Shown here piece after piece: positions 36,001 to 49,366 of a stretch of DNA of 64,000 bases. The notes beneath the pieces are model-generated. The model saw nothing but the letters and a program-made list of their open reading frames with translations, was not told the origin of the DNA and did no database searches. Positions within the stretch are counted from its first letter, which is position 1; each line of letters starts with the position of its first letter. The DNA lies in assembly GCA_964016885.1 (NCBI GenBank), contig OZ024740.1:14322001-14386000 (forward strand). The letters run 5' to 3'. This DNA is from Eledone cirrhosa. Lineage: Eukaryota. The position numbers were made by a program, and so were the translations under genes.

Positions 36001-39000
36001 AGCAAACCACACAATATCCTATGTTACACCACGGAACACCCAACAAGCTACACAACATCCAACAAGCCACACAACATCCAACAAACCACACAACATCCTA
36101 TATTACACCACACAACACCCAACAAACAAAACAACACCCAACAAACCACAAAAAACCCAACAAACCACACAACATTCTACAAACCACACAACAGCCAACA
36201 CGCCACACAACATCATATATTACACCATACAACACCGAACAAACCACACAACGTCCTATATTACACCACACAACATCCTATATTACACCACACAACAGTC
36301 AATAAGCCACACAACATCCTATATTACACCACACAACACCCAGCAGACCACACAACATCCTATATTACACCACACAACACCCAACAAAGCACACAACATC
36401 CTATATTACACCACACAACATCCTGTATTACACCACACAACAGCCAACAAACCACACAACACCCAATAAACCCCACAACATCCTATATTACAACACACAA
36501 CGCCCACCAAACCACACAACATCCAACGAACCACACAACATCCTATATTACACCACACAACACCCAAAAAACGACACAACATTCAACAAAATACACAACA
36601 TCCTATATTACACTACACAGCACCTAACAAACCACACAACATTCTACAAACCACACAACAGCCAACACGCCACACAACATCCTATATTACACCATACAAC
36701 ACCGAACAAACCACACAACGTCCTATATTACACCACACAACATCCTATATTACACCACACAACAGTCAATAAGCCACACAACATCCTATATTACACCACA
36801 CGACATCCTATATTACACCACACAACACCCAGCAGACCACACAACATCCTATATTACACCACACAACACCCAACAAAGCACACAACATCCTATATTACAC
36901 CACACAACATCCTGTATTACACCACACAACAGCCAACAAACCACACAACACCCAATAAATCCCACAACATCCTATATTACACCACACAACGCCCACCAAA
37001 CCACACAACATCCGACGAACCACACAACATCCTATATTACACCACACAACACCCAACAAACGACACAACATTCAACAAACCACACAACATCCTATATTAC
37101 ACGGCACAACAACCGACAAGGCACACAACGTCATATATTACACCAGAAAACACCCAGCAAACCACACAACATCCTATATTACACCAAACCACACAACATC
37201 CTATATTATACCACACAACAACCAACAAACCACACAACAGCCAACAAGCCACACAATATCCTTTATTACACCACACAATACACAACAAATCATTCAGCAG
37301 CCAACAAACCACACAACATCCAACAAGCCACACAACATCCTATATTACTCCACACAACGGCCAACACGCTACTCAACAGCCAACAAACCACACTAAATCC
37401 TATATTACACCACACAACACCCAGCAAACCACACTTCATCCAACAAGCCACACAACATCCTATATTACACGAAACAACACCAAACAAACCACACAACATC
37501 CAATAAGCCACACAACATCCAACAAGCCACACAACACTATATATTACATCACACAACATCTAACAAACCACACAACACCCAACAAGCCACACAGCATCGT
37601 ATATTACACCACACAACACCCAACAAACCACACAACACCCATCAAATCACACAACAGCCAACAAACCACACAACATACTACATTACACCACACAACACCC
37701 AACAAATCATACAACATCCTATATTACACCACACAACATCCTGTATTACACCACACAACACCCAACCAACCACACAACATCCTATATTACACCACACAAC
37801 ACCCAACAAACCACACAACACCCAACAAACCACACAACAGCCAACAAACCACACAACATCCAACAAACCACATAACATCCTATATTACACCACACAACAC
37901 CCAACAAACCTCACAAAAGCCAACAAACCACAAAACATCCTATATTATACCACACACCACCCAACAAACCATACAACATCCTATATTACACCACACAACA
38001 CCCAACAAACCACACAACATCCAACAAGCCACACAACATCCAACAAAATACACAACATCCTATATTACACTACACAACACCTAACAAACCACACAACATT
38101 CTACAAACCACACAACAGCCAACACGCCACACAACATCCTATATTACACCACACAACAGCCAATAAGCCACACAACATCCTATATTACACCACACAATAT
38201 TCTATATTACACCACACTACAACCAAAAAACCATACAACATCGTATATTACACAGCACAACACCCAACAAACCACACAACACCCAACAAACTACACAACG
38301 GCCAACAAACCACACAACATCCTATATTACACCACACAACACCCAAAAAGCCACACAACATCCAACAAACCACACAACATCCTATATTACACCACACAAC
38401 AGCCAATAAGCCACACAACATCCTATATTACACCACACAATATTCTATATTACACCACACTACAACCAAAAAAACCATACAACATCGTATATTACACCGC
38501 ACAACACCCAACAAACCACACAACATCCAACAAGCCACACAACATCCAACAAACCACAAAACATCCTATATTACACCACACACACCCAACATACCACACA
38601 ACATCTTATATTACACCACACAACACACAACAAACCTCACAACAGCGAACAAACCACACAACATCCTATATTACTCCACACAACACTCAACAAACCATAC
38701 AACAGCCAACAAACCACAAAACATCCTATATTACAGCAAACAATATTCTATATTACACCACACAACAGCCAACACGCCACACAACATCCTATATTACACC
38801 ATACAACACCCAACACGCCACACAACATCCTATATTACACCACACAACAGCCAACACGCCACACAACATCCTATATTACACCATACAACACCGAACAAAC
38901 CACCCAACGTCCTATATTACACCACACAACATCCTATATTACATCACACAACACCCAAAAAGCCACACAACATCCAACAAGCCACACAACATCCAACAAA

Positions 39001-39327
39001 CCACACAACATCCTATATTACATCACACAACACCTAACAAACCACACAACATCCTATATTACACTACACAACATCCAACAAACCACACAACAGCCAACAA
39101 ATCACACAACATCCTATGTTACACCACACAACACCCAACAAGCCACACAACATCCTATATTACACCACACAACAGCCAACAAGCTACACAACATCCTATA
39201 TTACACCACACAACACCCAACAAACCACACAACACCCAACAAACCACACAACATCCTATATTACACCACACAACACTCAACAAACCACACAACAGCCAAC
39301 AAACCACACAACATCCTATATTACACA
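1..39327. repeat. CA-rich complex satellite array (22-nt and 19-nt monomers; 41/60/120-bp sub-periods; kb-scale higher-order repeats), open at the left window edge
   Basis: Continuous copies of CATCCTATATTACACCACACAA interleaved with CAC/TCCAACAAACCACACAA; very little G on the + strand; last core copy ends at ...catcctatattacac near 39327. Near-identical ORF translations recur at offsets 354, 2347, 3338, 4716-4717 and 15935 bp. Confidence 0.97.
33810..34095. repeat. Homogeneous run of 13 tandem 22-bp monomers inside the satellite
   Basis: catcctatattacaccac(a/g)caa starts at 33810, 33832 ... 34074 with an exact 22-bp period. Confidence 0.92.
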
Positions 39328-39641
39328 TATTCTATATAACAAAGAGACGATATAGTAAAGCAACATCACAACAAACAAGAAAAAAGCAAAATAGGTCAAC
39401 ACAACACCAGACCTCAACCTACACTACCGAATGTATATATTTGTGTGTGTTGATATATATATATATCAAACATCACGGACGCTCTATCTCAAAATTATTT
39501 TTGAAAAGCATTAGAAATGCGCAACCGGTAAAACTTAAAACCAAAACTTAATACTAACCAATACTATTACTAATTCTCACTTATTGCTAATTAAACTATT
39601 TTCGCTGTGAACAATTCGTCAGCATTTTCTATTCCGTTTAT

Positions 39642-39644
<3 letters not shown>

Positions 39645-39713
<69 letters not shown>

Positions 39714-39942
39714 AAAAAGAGATGAAATCGAAAATGCAACTGGAGACTTATTTTTTTTAAAAATATATATATTTATTTGGTTCCTTAAAAATATATATAT
39801 ATTTTTTTTTTAAATAAGACTCCAGTTGCATTTTCGATTTCATCTCTTTTTCTTTATACTTTCACTCGTGTAGGACACCTCGGTTATTTTTCATTTTTTT
39901 AAAAAACCCTCACTTTCTAATATATATATATATATAGATATA

Positions 39943-39978
<36 letters not shown>

Positions 39979-40115
39979 TGTATGTATGTATGTATGTATG
40001 TATGAATGTATGTATGTATATATATATGTATGTATGTATGCATGTATGTATGTATGTGTGTATGTATGTATGTATATATATATATATATATATGCATGTA
40101 TGTATGTATGTATGT
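39645..40115. repeat. (TA)n and (TATG)n microsatellites flanking a short inverted repeat
   Basis: Pure TA at 39645-39710; TA/TATG at 39920-40115. Confidence 0.9.
39707..39858. repeat. Inverted repeat, 47-bp arms, AT-rich spacer
   Basis: tataaagaaaaagagatgaaatcgaaaatgcaactggagacttattt (39707-39753) is the reverse complement of 39812-39858 with one mismatch. Confidence 0.9.
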
Positions 40116-40118
40116 TAT

Positions 40119-40513
40119 GTCAGGTCACCAGTTGGTGCTACTGGTAACATGTATCCCAGTACAACCTGTCTCATGGTCGGGTCGTTGGCGACTAAACTGG
40201 CAACACCACCAAGGTTTCTTGGTGAGGAGAGTGACTTTGGACATCCTGCAGGACTAAAAACAAAACCTGTCAAAGGGCAAAGGAGCTCTTAAGAGTCAAT
40301 AGCCATCCAAAATCACAGGGAGAGATGACCCCTTAGCCTTTGTCATGACAGAATTCTAGAAGGAAAACTCTGATATAACACCTGCAACCCTGATGGTATC
40401 CAATGATGTTGACTTGTTCTTCTTTTTGGTAAATATCATCTTGGTTAAGAGAGTGGGACTGGCTTTTTGCAGTGCCTTTGCTCACTATAAAAGCTTCACG
40501 GCACAGGCATTGC
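40119..40513 (+). mobile_element. Degenerate RTE-like 5'-UTR / RTE-related SINE fragment, copy 1
   Basis: Contains ...ctagaaggaaaactctgatataacacc, which I recall as an RTE 5'-region motif (ctaggagaaggaaaactctga...aaacc); alignable to the second copy at 40728-41097. Confidence 0.5.
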
Positions 40514-40727
40514 TTTATATCTGGAGATCTCTCTGCACTTGTCGTCACATGGTACCATGGGCCCAGCACTATGTGTTAATAATTGTCACATGTGTAGTCT
40601 TTGTACCAGAGTTTTCAAGTTGCTGGCTGGATTAAAAAGTCAAACTCGTTCAGCGCATCGGTAGGGGTTCTCCTACATGGATATAAAGTAGTGGCCGTAC
40701 TCGAAAACGAGTTGGCAGCCACCATAT

Positions 40728-41097
40728 AAGAGTCAACGGCCATCCAAAAGTGTGTAAATATGTATATACACATGTACATATGTATGTATATGTGTATATG
40801 CATGGGTGCATGTGTATGTACATGCGCGCGGACATAGAATTAATCGGGCTGGACAGCCGATCGCGCGGTTAAACCACTGGTTATGAAGGACCCCTAACCT
40901 TTGTCAGGGCATTCTTCTAGGAGAAGACAACTCAGGAAACTGGGATAACTCCGATATAAAACCTGCGGCTCAGTAGTTACGATGATGTTGATATTTTCTT
41001 CTTTTCGGGCTATAGCTACTGTCGCTCAGAGAGTGGGATTGGCTCAGTGCACAGTTTTTCCTCATTTAAAAAAATATTCGTCATGCACAAGCATTGC
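40728..41097 (+). mobile_element. Degenerate RTE-like 5'-UTR / SINE fragment, copy 2
   Basis: Shares ordered blocks with copy 1: aagagtcaa..gccatccaaaa, gaccccta.cctttgtca, atgatgttga, agagagtggga.tggct, gcaca.gcattgc. Confidence 0.5.
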
Positions 41098-41272
41098 ACG
41101 ATAGAATTAATTAATAATTATTAATAATAGTATATCATGCAATGTCCATACTCGATAACGAGGGGGCAGCCATCATATATATATGTATGTATGGATATAT
41201 ATATATATATATGTATGTATGTATGTATGTATATATATATATATATATATATATAAATATAGAATAATATAG

Positions 41273-41304
<32 letters not shown>

Positions 41305-41433
41305 CTAAGTCCAAAATTAAGATAAATGAATTAAATGAATTTAATCTAAATCGAAATCATGGGTGTCATGACATGATGCATGCGCCATATATCCTGAGAA
41401 TTTAAACTCAAAGATAAATATATCTGAGCATAT

Positions 41434-42386
<953 letters not shown>

Positions 42387-42490
42387 ATTAATAAAATAAT
42401 GAATAAACAAAGAAACAGTTCCTTATTCGGATTACATTGAGTTCTTCATACGGATTGGACACTACCGTACATTTTGGTAGATTTATCTAC

Positions 42491-42522
<32 letters not shown>

Positions 42523-42847
42523 ATATATATAAATATATATATATATGTATATGTATGTATATATATATATTTATATATGTATATGTATGTATTTATATAT
42601 ATATTTGTCTATGTATATGTATGTATATATATGTATATATATATACCAGATAGAAAAATGCGTACAGCAAAAAAAAGTAATATTGTTGGAATATAAACCT
42701 TTAAAAATACAGGACAAGAAACTAAAATAAAACTTTAAAAGAATAGGACAAGAAACTAAGATTGGTGAAACTTGTACATTTCAATGGTGTTACAACAATA
42801 GATGTAAGTTATATAGTAGTAATACTTTATCATTTTAACTTTTTAGA

Positions 42848-43210
42848 ATGGACAAAAACCCATGCAAAGAAATGACTTTGACTGCAGTGATTCTCTCCAA
42901 TTTACTTACAAAGCAAAACGTGGTCAAATACCTTATCACCTCTGATAAAATGCCCATTGAATCACTGAAAATCGGATGCATGGAATTCCTCATAAAATGC
43001 ACCTATGAATCGGAAGCCATCACATATATCAATGGATATAGGGAGTTGTTCACACTGGAAGAACATCACTTCATTTGTGACTTCATCAGTTATCTCCACG
43101 ATTATCTCAGACACCCAATGCCATTGATGAGAGGTGATCCAATGTGTGAGCATGTAACTAATCTTATAGAAGTTGTTATCGACACCTGGCTTTTAGTGAC
43201 ATTTGACTGA
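42848..43210 (+). CDS. Unknown 120-aa protein; probable short 5' intron just upstream and polyA signal downstream
   Basis: Non-repetitive ATG ORF with globular-like composition; gtaagt...ttttag at 42804-42846 just before the ATG; AATAAA at 43292-43297. No family recognised. Confidence 0.5.
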   Translation: MDKNPCKEMTLTAVILSNLLTKQNVVKYLITSDKMPIESLKIGCMEFLIKCTYESEAITYINGYRELFTLEEHHFICDFISYLHDYLRHPMPLMRGDPMCEHVTNLIEVVIDTWLLVTFD

Positions 43211-43386
43211 TTTGACTGATAATGATGTATTTTTAAAATGTATGTGTACATTCTTGTTACTATTTTAAGGCAATGCAAGCAACAACTATTTAATAAAATT
43301 TAAATTTAAAAATGACCATTGTGCATTACTAGTATGATGACATTTTATTAAGTCACAAAATTAGTCAGTCAGCCATAGAACAAGGA

Positions 43387-44182
43387 TCAGGTGGCAAAAA
43401 CATTGGCAAAAATCTGTGTCAATTTAAGATTTCCAACATTGTTCAAATGAATCATATCTAGTTTGAAGTCAGATTTGTCAAATTTTGACCAATTTTCAAT
43501 GTTGTGAAGATTGGGCAAGTTCAATTTTTGAATCATTTCTTTCATGCAGTAATTAAAATTTTCCAAACGAGAATTTCTCTTGCCCAAGTCATTTTTATTT
43601 TCAATTACACTTTGTGGACGTGGAATGACACCACTGAAGAAAATGGGTGTACAGTGGTGCTTTTCCGCTATTTTCTGTAGCCTTGCAAAGAGACTCTTCC
43701 CCTGTTTTTCCGGTTTTGTGCCTCGAATGGGCACTTTGTCCTTAATTTACAAATAAATGATTAATAAAAAATACTTGGGCAAAAATTATTGTATTACTTT
43801 GCACAGCTTTGTAGTGCCAACGGTGCGACGAGGATTCAGATCATTAGAGCCGACATGAACCACCAATACTTTCACAAAAGGACAACAGATAACAATGTTG
43901 GCGATTAACATTACCTGGACCTGACGGGCCCCAGGTATACAAAATATCTAAGTATTTATGTTGGTATGATAAGTAAATACATTTGAATTAATATTTTTAT
44001 ACCTTCTGGTCATTCGATTTCGCCACATTTCTAATTATGGATTTGTAAAAACTGGCATGAATGTGAATTTGATCAGTCCAATTGCCCGATTTTAGTGAAA
44101 AGTTTTGATTCGAAATGGAAATACTCCATTTCCGTGCCATGGAAAAAATAAATAAGCCGATCAAAAAGCCGCGAAACATCAT
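43387..44182 (-). CDS. SGNH/GDSL-like hydrolase (esterase) gene with two mini-introns; 5' end uncertain, possibly a pseudogene
   Basis: Removing GT-AG introns 43948-44002 (55 nt) and 43741-43797 (57 nt, contains a stop) joins ...SIIRNVAKSNDQK|IFCIPGAR...VLVVHVGSNDL...KLCK|DKVP...FFSGVIPR...DMIHLNNVG in frame. This gives SGNH blocks I (S), II (G), III (GxND) and V (DxxH). Minus-strand AATAAA at 43344-43349. Confidence 0.75.
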
Positions 44183-44237
44183 TTTTAATTAAGCGAAATT
44201 AGTGGATGCAAATCTCAGAAAATATTGAACACTAATC

Positions 44238-44308
44238 GCACCTATCGCACTATTCGCACCTATCGGTACAAAAATATAGCGCACTATTCCACCTATCGGT
44301 ACAAAAAA
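44238..44308. repeat. Short tandem repeats upstream of the SGNH gene
   Basis: cgcactattc(g)cacctatcggtacaaaaa at 44246 and 44280, plus a partial copy before. Confidence 0.7.
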
Positions 44309-45105
44309 TCGTACGACTGTTAATAATACTAGAAGTGCAAACTATCTGTTGAATACCTGGTATATGAAGAGCAACCGATACGATCGGTCGGCGATCGCTC
44401 TTGAAGAAGAATGAAGAATGAAGTGAAATTTTGGTCTGGTTGTTGTCATCGGTGTTTCGCAGAGATGCCGGCACGAACAAAGGTGTCAGTGACACAAAGT
44501 TGTCCGCTTGAACAAAGATGTCGGTCCGACAAATGTGTCAGTCAGACAGACAGTCAGACAGTGTCACAGTCGGTGCGACAAAGCGATCGATACGATTAAA
44601 AAAATTTAACTCACATGTTTACCTATATTTTCGCAAACTATTGATAGATTGGTACACAAAATAGCTTTGATAATAAACATAAATTTTTAACGAAGTATTT
44701 AAAAAGCATTTTAGCAGTGAAAAGTGAAATAATGTTTCACACTGACGCAAGTAGGGCCGTTCAGAAATGACGTAGTCAATTAGGAGGAGGGGATTCGGCG
44801 ATTTGACTACATTTGACTAACGTAATCACAATCACAAGAGTTCCGCCGAAAAAAATTCGTCATTTCTGGATTACCTCCCCTAGCGTCACGCTTACTACTC
44901 ACTCACTTGAACACAAGATTTATCAGCAAACTTTGATTATAAACTTTTTCCAGCTGGACCAAATTTCTAGATTTTTAAGCCAAAAGATGCGTAATGATCT
45001 ACTGTTCATGCTCATATAAGTTTTATCTCAGTTAAATAAAGTAGAGCCGCGCTGTACTGTCGTAAACAGACGACTGCCAACGAAAACACGACCACAACAA
45101 TATTA

Positions 45106-45129
45106 CTAAACGGACTACCGTCCGTTTAG
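45106..45129. other. Perfect 10-bp hairpin at the cassette/(TA)n junction
   Basis: ctaaacggac-tacc-gtccgtttag, followed after 1 nt by the (TA)n tract. Confidence 0.75.
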
Positions 45130-45130
45130 G

Positions 45131-45705
<575 letters not shown>

Positions 45706-45825
45706 AAAGTTTTATTTAAAATTGTTGGGCTACAACGAGTAAATATTTTATAACTGATATAAAGCACTCAACAAGTTTTGGAGTAGATATACGATATTAG
45801 ACAAATGGAAACTATATTTATTTCA

Positions 45826-45882
45826 TTATACATATTTCAGGGATACCATATTAAAAATATGGCATGCCTTCTTCAGATAAAA
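45826..45882 (-). ncRNA. Hammerhead-like motif (variant) in the inverted pLTR of PLE1
   Basis: Minus strand: uuuuau CUGAAGA agg-c-augccauauu uuu aauauggua-u-c-ccu GAAA uaugu auaa. Stem II is long and good; the cleavage triplet register is non-canonical. Confidence 0.55.
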
Positions 45883-45978
45883 TACAATATATAAGCAGTT
45901 TTATAAATAAATTTGACGTACCATAAAATATTGATCAACTTCCATTTAAAAAACCAAAGATCAATATGAAAGATCAAT

Positions 45979-47660
45979 ATGAAAGATCACAAAAGAAATT
46001 TTGAAAATGATTTGCCAGTCAGATTGATTACACCATCAAAATCTGACCTGGGTAAACTTAGCAAAAACATTCTAGACAGGGTGATACAGCAGGTTAAAAA
46101 CTTACATGGTTTACCTAACTTAAACTTGTGGATGGGAACTGGTGAGGTTATTGAGTGGTTTAAAGAAATTAAATATAACAATAATAATAAATTTATTCAA
46201 CTAGGTATTGCTAACTACTATTCATCTATTACCTCTAATCTACTAAATAAGGCACTAAATTACGCATTCAAACATACAGACCTAACTAGCAATGAAATGC
46301 ACATTATATTATCGGCAAGGAAAACATTGATAGAATTTAATAACCAACTATGGACTAGGGCAGATAGAGATAATAATTTCGACATTACTATGGGATCATC
46401 TGACTCAGCTCAGGTAACGGACCTTGTGGGCCTATTTATAATTAATTCGCTGCATAGAAAAATACCTGGTGTAACCGGAGGATTATATCGTGATGATATG
46501 CTTTTACTTATTGAAAATAATAACTCTGAACTAAATAGAAAAAGAAAACAAATTATACAATTTTTTAATTACCTTAATCTAAAAATAGAAATAGAGAATA
46601 ACCATAGAATAGTCAATTTCCTAGATGTAACACTAAATCTCAACACATGTCTTCACTATCCATTTCACAAACTAAATGAAAACTTGAATTATGTTAGTTT
46701 TAACTCTAATCACCCCAGATCTGTTAAAAATACTATAGTGAACTCTGTTCAAGAACGTATCTCAAGAATTTCATCTAATAAAAATATTTTCGACGAAAAA
46801 GCGCAGTATTACAATGAAGCGTTAGCTAGAGCAGGATATAGTGATAAAATTATGTACATCGATAATAATAGGCAAACTAACCAATATAACAACAATTTTA
46901 ATTACGGTAACAACTTTAACAACTATAATAGAAAACATTACAATAATTCCAAAAGCCAGAAAAGAAATAGAACTAGAAATATAATATGGTTTGCCCCCCC
47001 CCCCCTTTCTCACTAAATATTAAAACCCACATTGCTAAACTATTTTTTAATGCTCTTGACAAACGCTTCCCTAGAACACATAAATATCACTCAATTTTTA
47101 ATAGACATACTATAAAATTAACTTACTCGTCCACCAAAAATTTAGCACAAAATATTAACAGAATAAATAATAGGAATCTAAAACCTAGCCAAAATACCGA
47201 TAATAGCCTAAACAATATTCAATTAAACAACTGTAACTGTAGAAATAAATCTAAATGTCCGTTAAATAACAATTGCTTAGTTAAAAATATAATATACAAT
47301 TGTAATGTTAAAACTGACTTAAATTCTTTTAACTATGTTGGTTCCACCTCGACAGAATTTAAACTTCGCTATAATAATCATAAGAATTCTTTCACAGATC
47401 CAGGCAAAAAATCTTCAACTTCACTATCAGGCTTACTCTGGCAACTTAAACATGATAACGTTGGATATTCGTTGTTTTGGAATATAGTCTCAAGAGGGAT
47501 TCCTTTTAATTCCTCATCTGAGACATGTGACCTCTGCGTGGAGGAGATATTCTTTATATTAAAATCTAAAAATTCCCTTAATCTAAGGAGCAATTTATTC
47601 AGTTGCTGCAGACATAGATTGAACTCAACGTTTAAATATAAAAATAAATTTAAAATGTAG
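45979..47660 (+). pseudogene. PLE reverse transcriptase + GIY-YIG endonuclease, inactivated
   Basis: RT motifs LGIANYYSSI (motif A Asp replaced by Gly), FDITMGSSDS, GLYRDD, FLDVTL; linker CNCRNKSKCPLNNNC; endonuclease IIYNC...YVGST...RYNNH...CDLCVEE...LN. Frameshift at the C12 run 46994-47005. Confidence 0.9.
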
Positions 47661-49013
47661 TACATTTAGTTAAGATATTTATTTAATTAATTATGAAACC
47701 TGACGATAAATCTTTCGATTCCTTCAACTTTTTCTTTTTTAAACCTTCTTCATAAATATATACTAATGATGTAATTAAACTACCCTAAAATGTTGATGCT
47801 CCCAATCTATTGAATAAATTTTACGCTAGATAAACTTCTATACTAAATATAAGAGCATCTGTAGAACAACAGGGTCTCCTAAATCTTTTAAATGATTTCT
47901 GCTAAATAAGTCTTGTTGAATAGTTTTGGTTTTTTGTTTGCTTTTGATTCTGATTGCTTCTAATGAACTTGGCAATATATTGTCAGATAAATTGGAAGGG
48001 TTGATTTCTGTGGTTGATATGGGGGGCATACTGTGTTTTTTAAGGCCCTAGATACTCTAGGGAGTGATGAAAGTATTCTTAGCGTTTTGATATATTGATA
48101 TCTGTTGTCTATTCTATACATGAACGATAATCATGTATTGGAGGGCAGGAATATTAATATTAATATATATTTTTATGTATGTGTATGTATGTATATATAT
48201 ATATATATAGTAAAATCTTTTATAACGCAAAGGAAAATTTTTTCATGTGAAATAAGAAATTACAGAGCTGATCACGTATGTTCACGTGTATATCTATAGT
48301 GTCAACTAGAACTTGAGATGACCTCTTTTTCTCTTTCTTTCTTTTTCCGGAAAGTACATATATACTTATGTATTTTTGAAGTTTTATCTCAGGTTTTGGT
48401 ATATCGACCTAAGAATTTTTAAACTAAACATATGGTCATTATTTTTCACACATTATATATATATGTCTCATTCATGAATATTGATATTTACAGTATAATA
48501 CCCAATTCATATGAATTGATAATTCAAATTGATAGGACATAACGTAAAGTTGTAAATCTGTCATCCTTCTCTCTAGATATAGCTTTCTTCTCCTCCCTCT
48601 ATACATGATGTAATTTAAGTATCGCTGTTTTTTCTTTAGTTATTTTTTATTTCTCTCCGTTTTTATTTCTCTCCTTCTCCTTAACACTATAACTAAATAA
48701 ATAAATAAATAAATAAATAATTACAGTACTCCCTCCCTCCTAAATCTCTCAATTTGTATGATGAATTATTATTCATCTGTTGCCTCAGCTGCCTCTCATG
48801 TTTCACCTCCTCACTATTTCTCTCTCCCATATCTCTCTCTATCTCTCTGTTTTTCTTTACATACATTTATTCCTTCTCTCCGTCTTTCTTTCTAACTGTG
48901 CTTAACACTAAATATTTACAAACATTTCACTACCAAACCAACTATTTTAAATGGAAGTTGATCAATATTTTATGTTACGTCAAATTTATTTATAAAACTG
49001 CTTATATATTGTA

Positions 49014-49070
49014 TTTTATCTGAAGAAGGCATGCCATATTTTTAATATGGTATCCATGAAATATGTATAA
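49014..49070 (+). ncRNA. Hammerhead-like motif (variant) in the 3' pLTR of PLE1
   Basis: CTGAAGA 49020-49026, long stem II, GAAA 49058-49061; ttat/ataa stem I only forms if the N17 position is absent. Confidence 0.55.
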
Positions 49071-49118
49071 TGAAATAAATATGGTTTTATAAATATAGTT
49101 TCCATTTGTCTAATATCG

Positions 49119-49194
<76 letters not shown>

Positions 49195-49318
49195 TATATA
49201 TATGTATATATAGAGAAAATTGAGGTTGGTAATGGCACATGGAATATATAAGAGACAGAATACTTTTTTGTGAAAAAACATATAATTTTATAAGGTAAGG
49301 AAATAATAAAGGGTATAA

Positions 49319-49366
49319 AAAATGACCGGTTTCGATGGGTCTGCAAAAGCCATCTTTTCAAATGTT
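49319..49366 (-). ncRNA. Degenerate minimal hammerhead in the PLE2 3' region
   Basis: Minus strand: aacau UUGAAAA gaugg-cuuuugcagac-ccauc GAAA CCGG UC auuuu. Palindromic ACCGGU stem III and GUC site are present; the core has two substitutions versus CUGAAGA. Confidence 0.6.

Larger units (their letters stand above)
45787..49122 (+). mobile_element. Penelope-like element 1 (probably Hydra-clade-like), 5'-truncated, with inverted 5' pLTR
   Basis: 45787-45951 is an inverted copy of 48945-49122 (the latter has an extra 14 nt); RT-GIY-YIG ORF lies between; the 3' end abuts (TA)n. Confidence 0.85.

Noticed and set aside
1-39327. CRISPR-like look of a constant 22-nt motif with variable intervening sequence
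   Set aside because: The intervening sequences are copies of the 19-mer rather than unique spacers; there are no cas genes and the context is eukaryotic.
743-39355. Long His/Thr/Gln/Pro ORFs (up to 1362 aa) and Cys/Val/Gly antisense ORFs
   Set aside because: They are translations of the satellite. The low G/T content removes stop codons, several frames are open at once, and 19- and 22-nt monomers shift frame constantly.
44754-44880. Possible DNA-transposon TIR or MITE (gggccgttcagaaatgacg ... cgtcatttctgg)
   Set aside because: Only about 11 bp are inverted, with no matching terminal end or target-site duplication visible.
47698-48160. Antisense coding-like segment inside the PLE1 3' region
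   Set aside because: Multiple stops and no recognisable motif; it may be a decayed insertion but cannot be supported.
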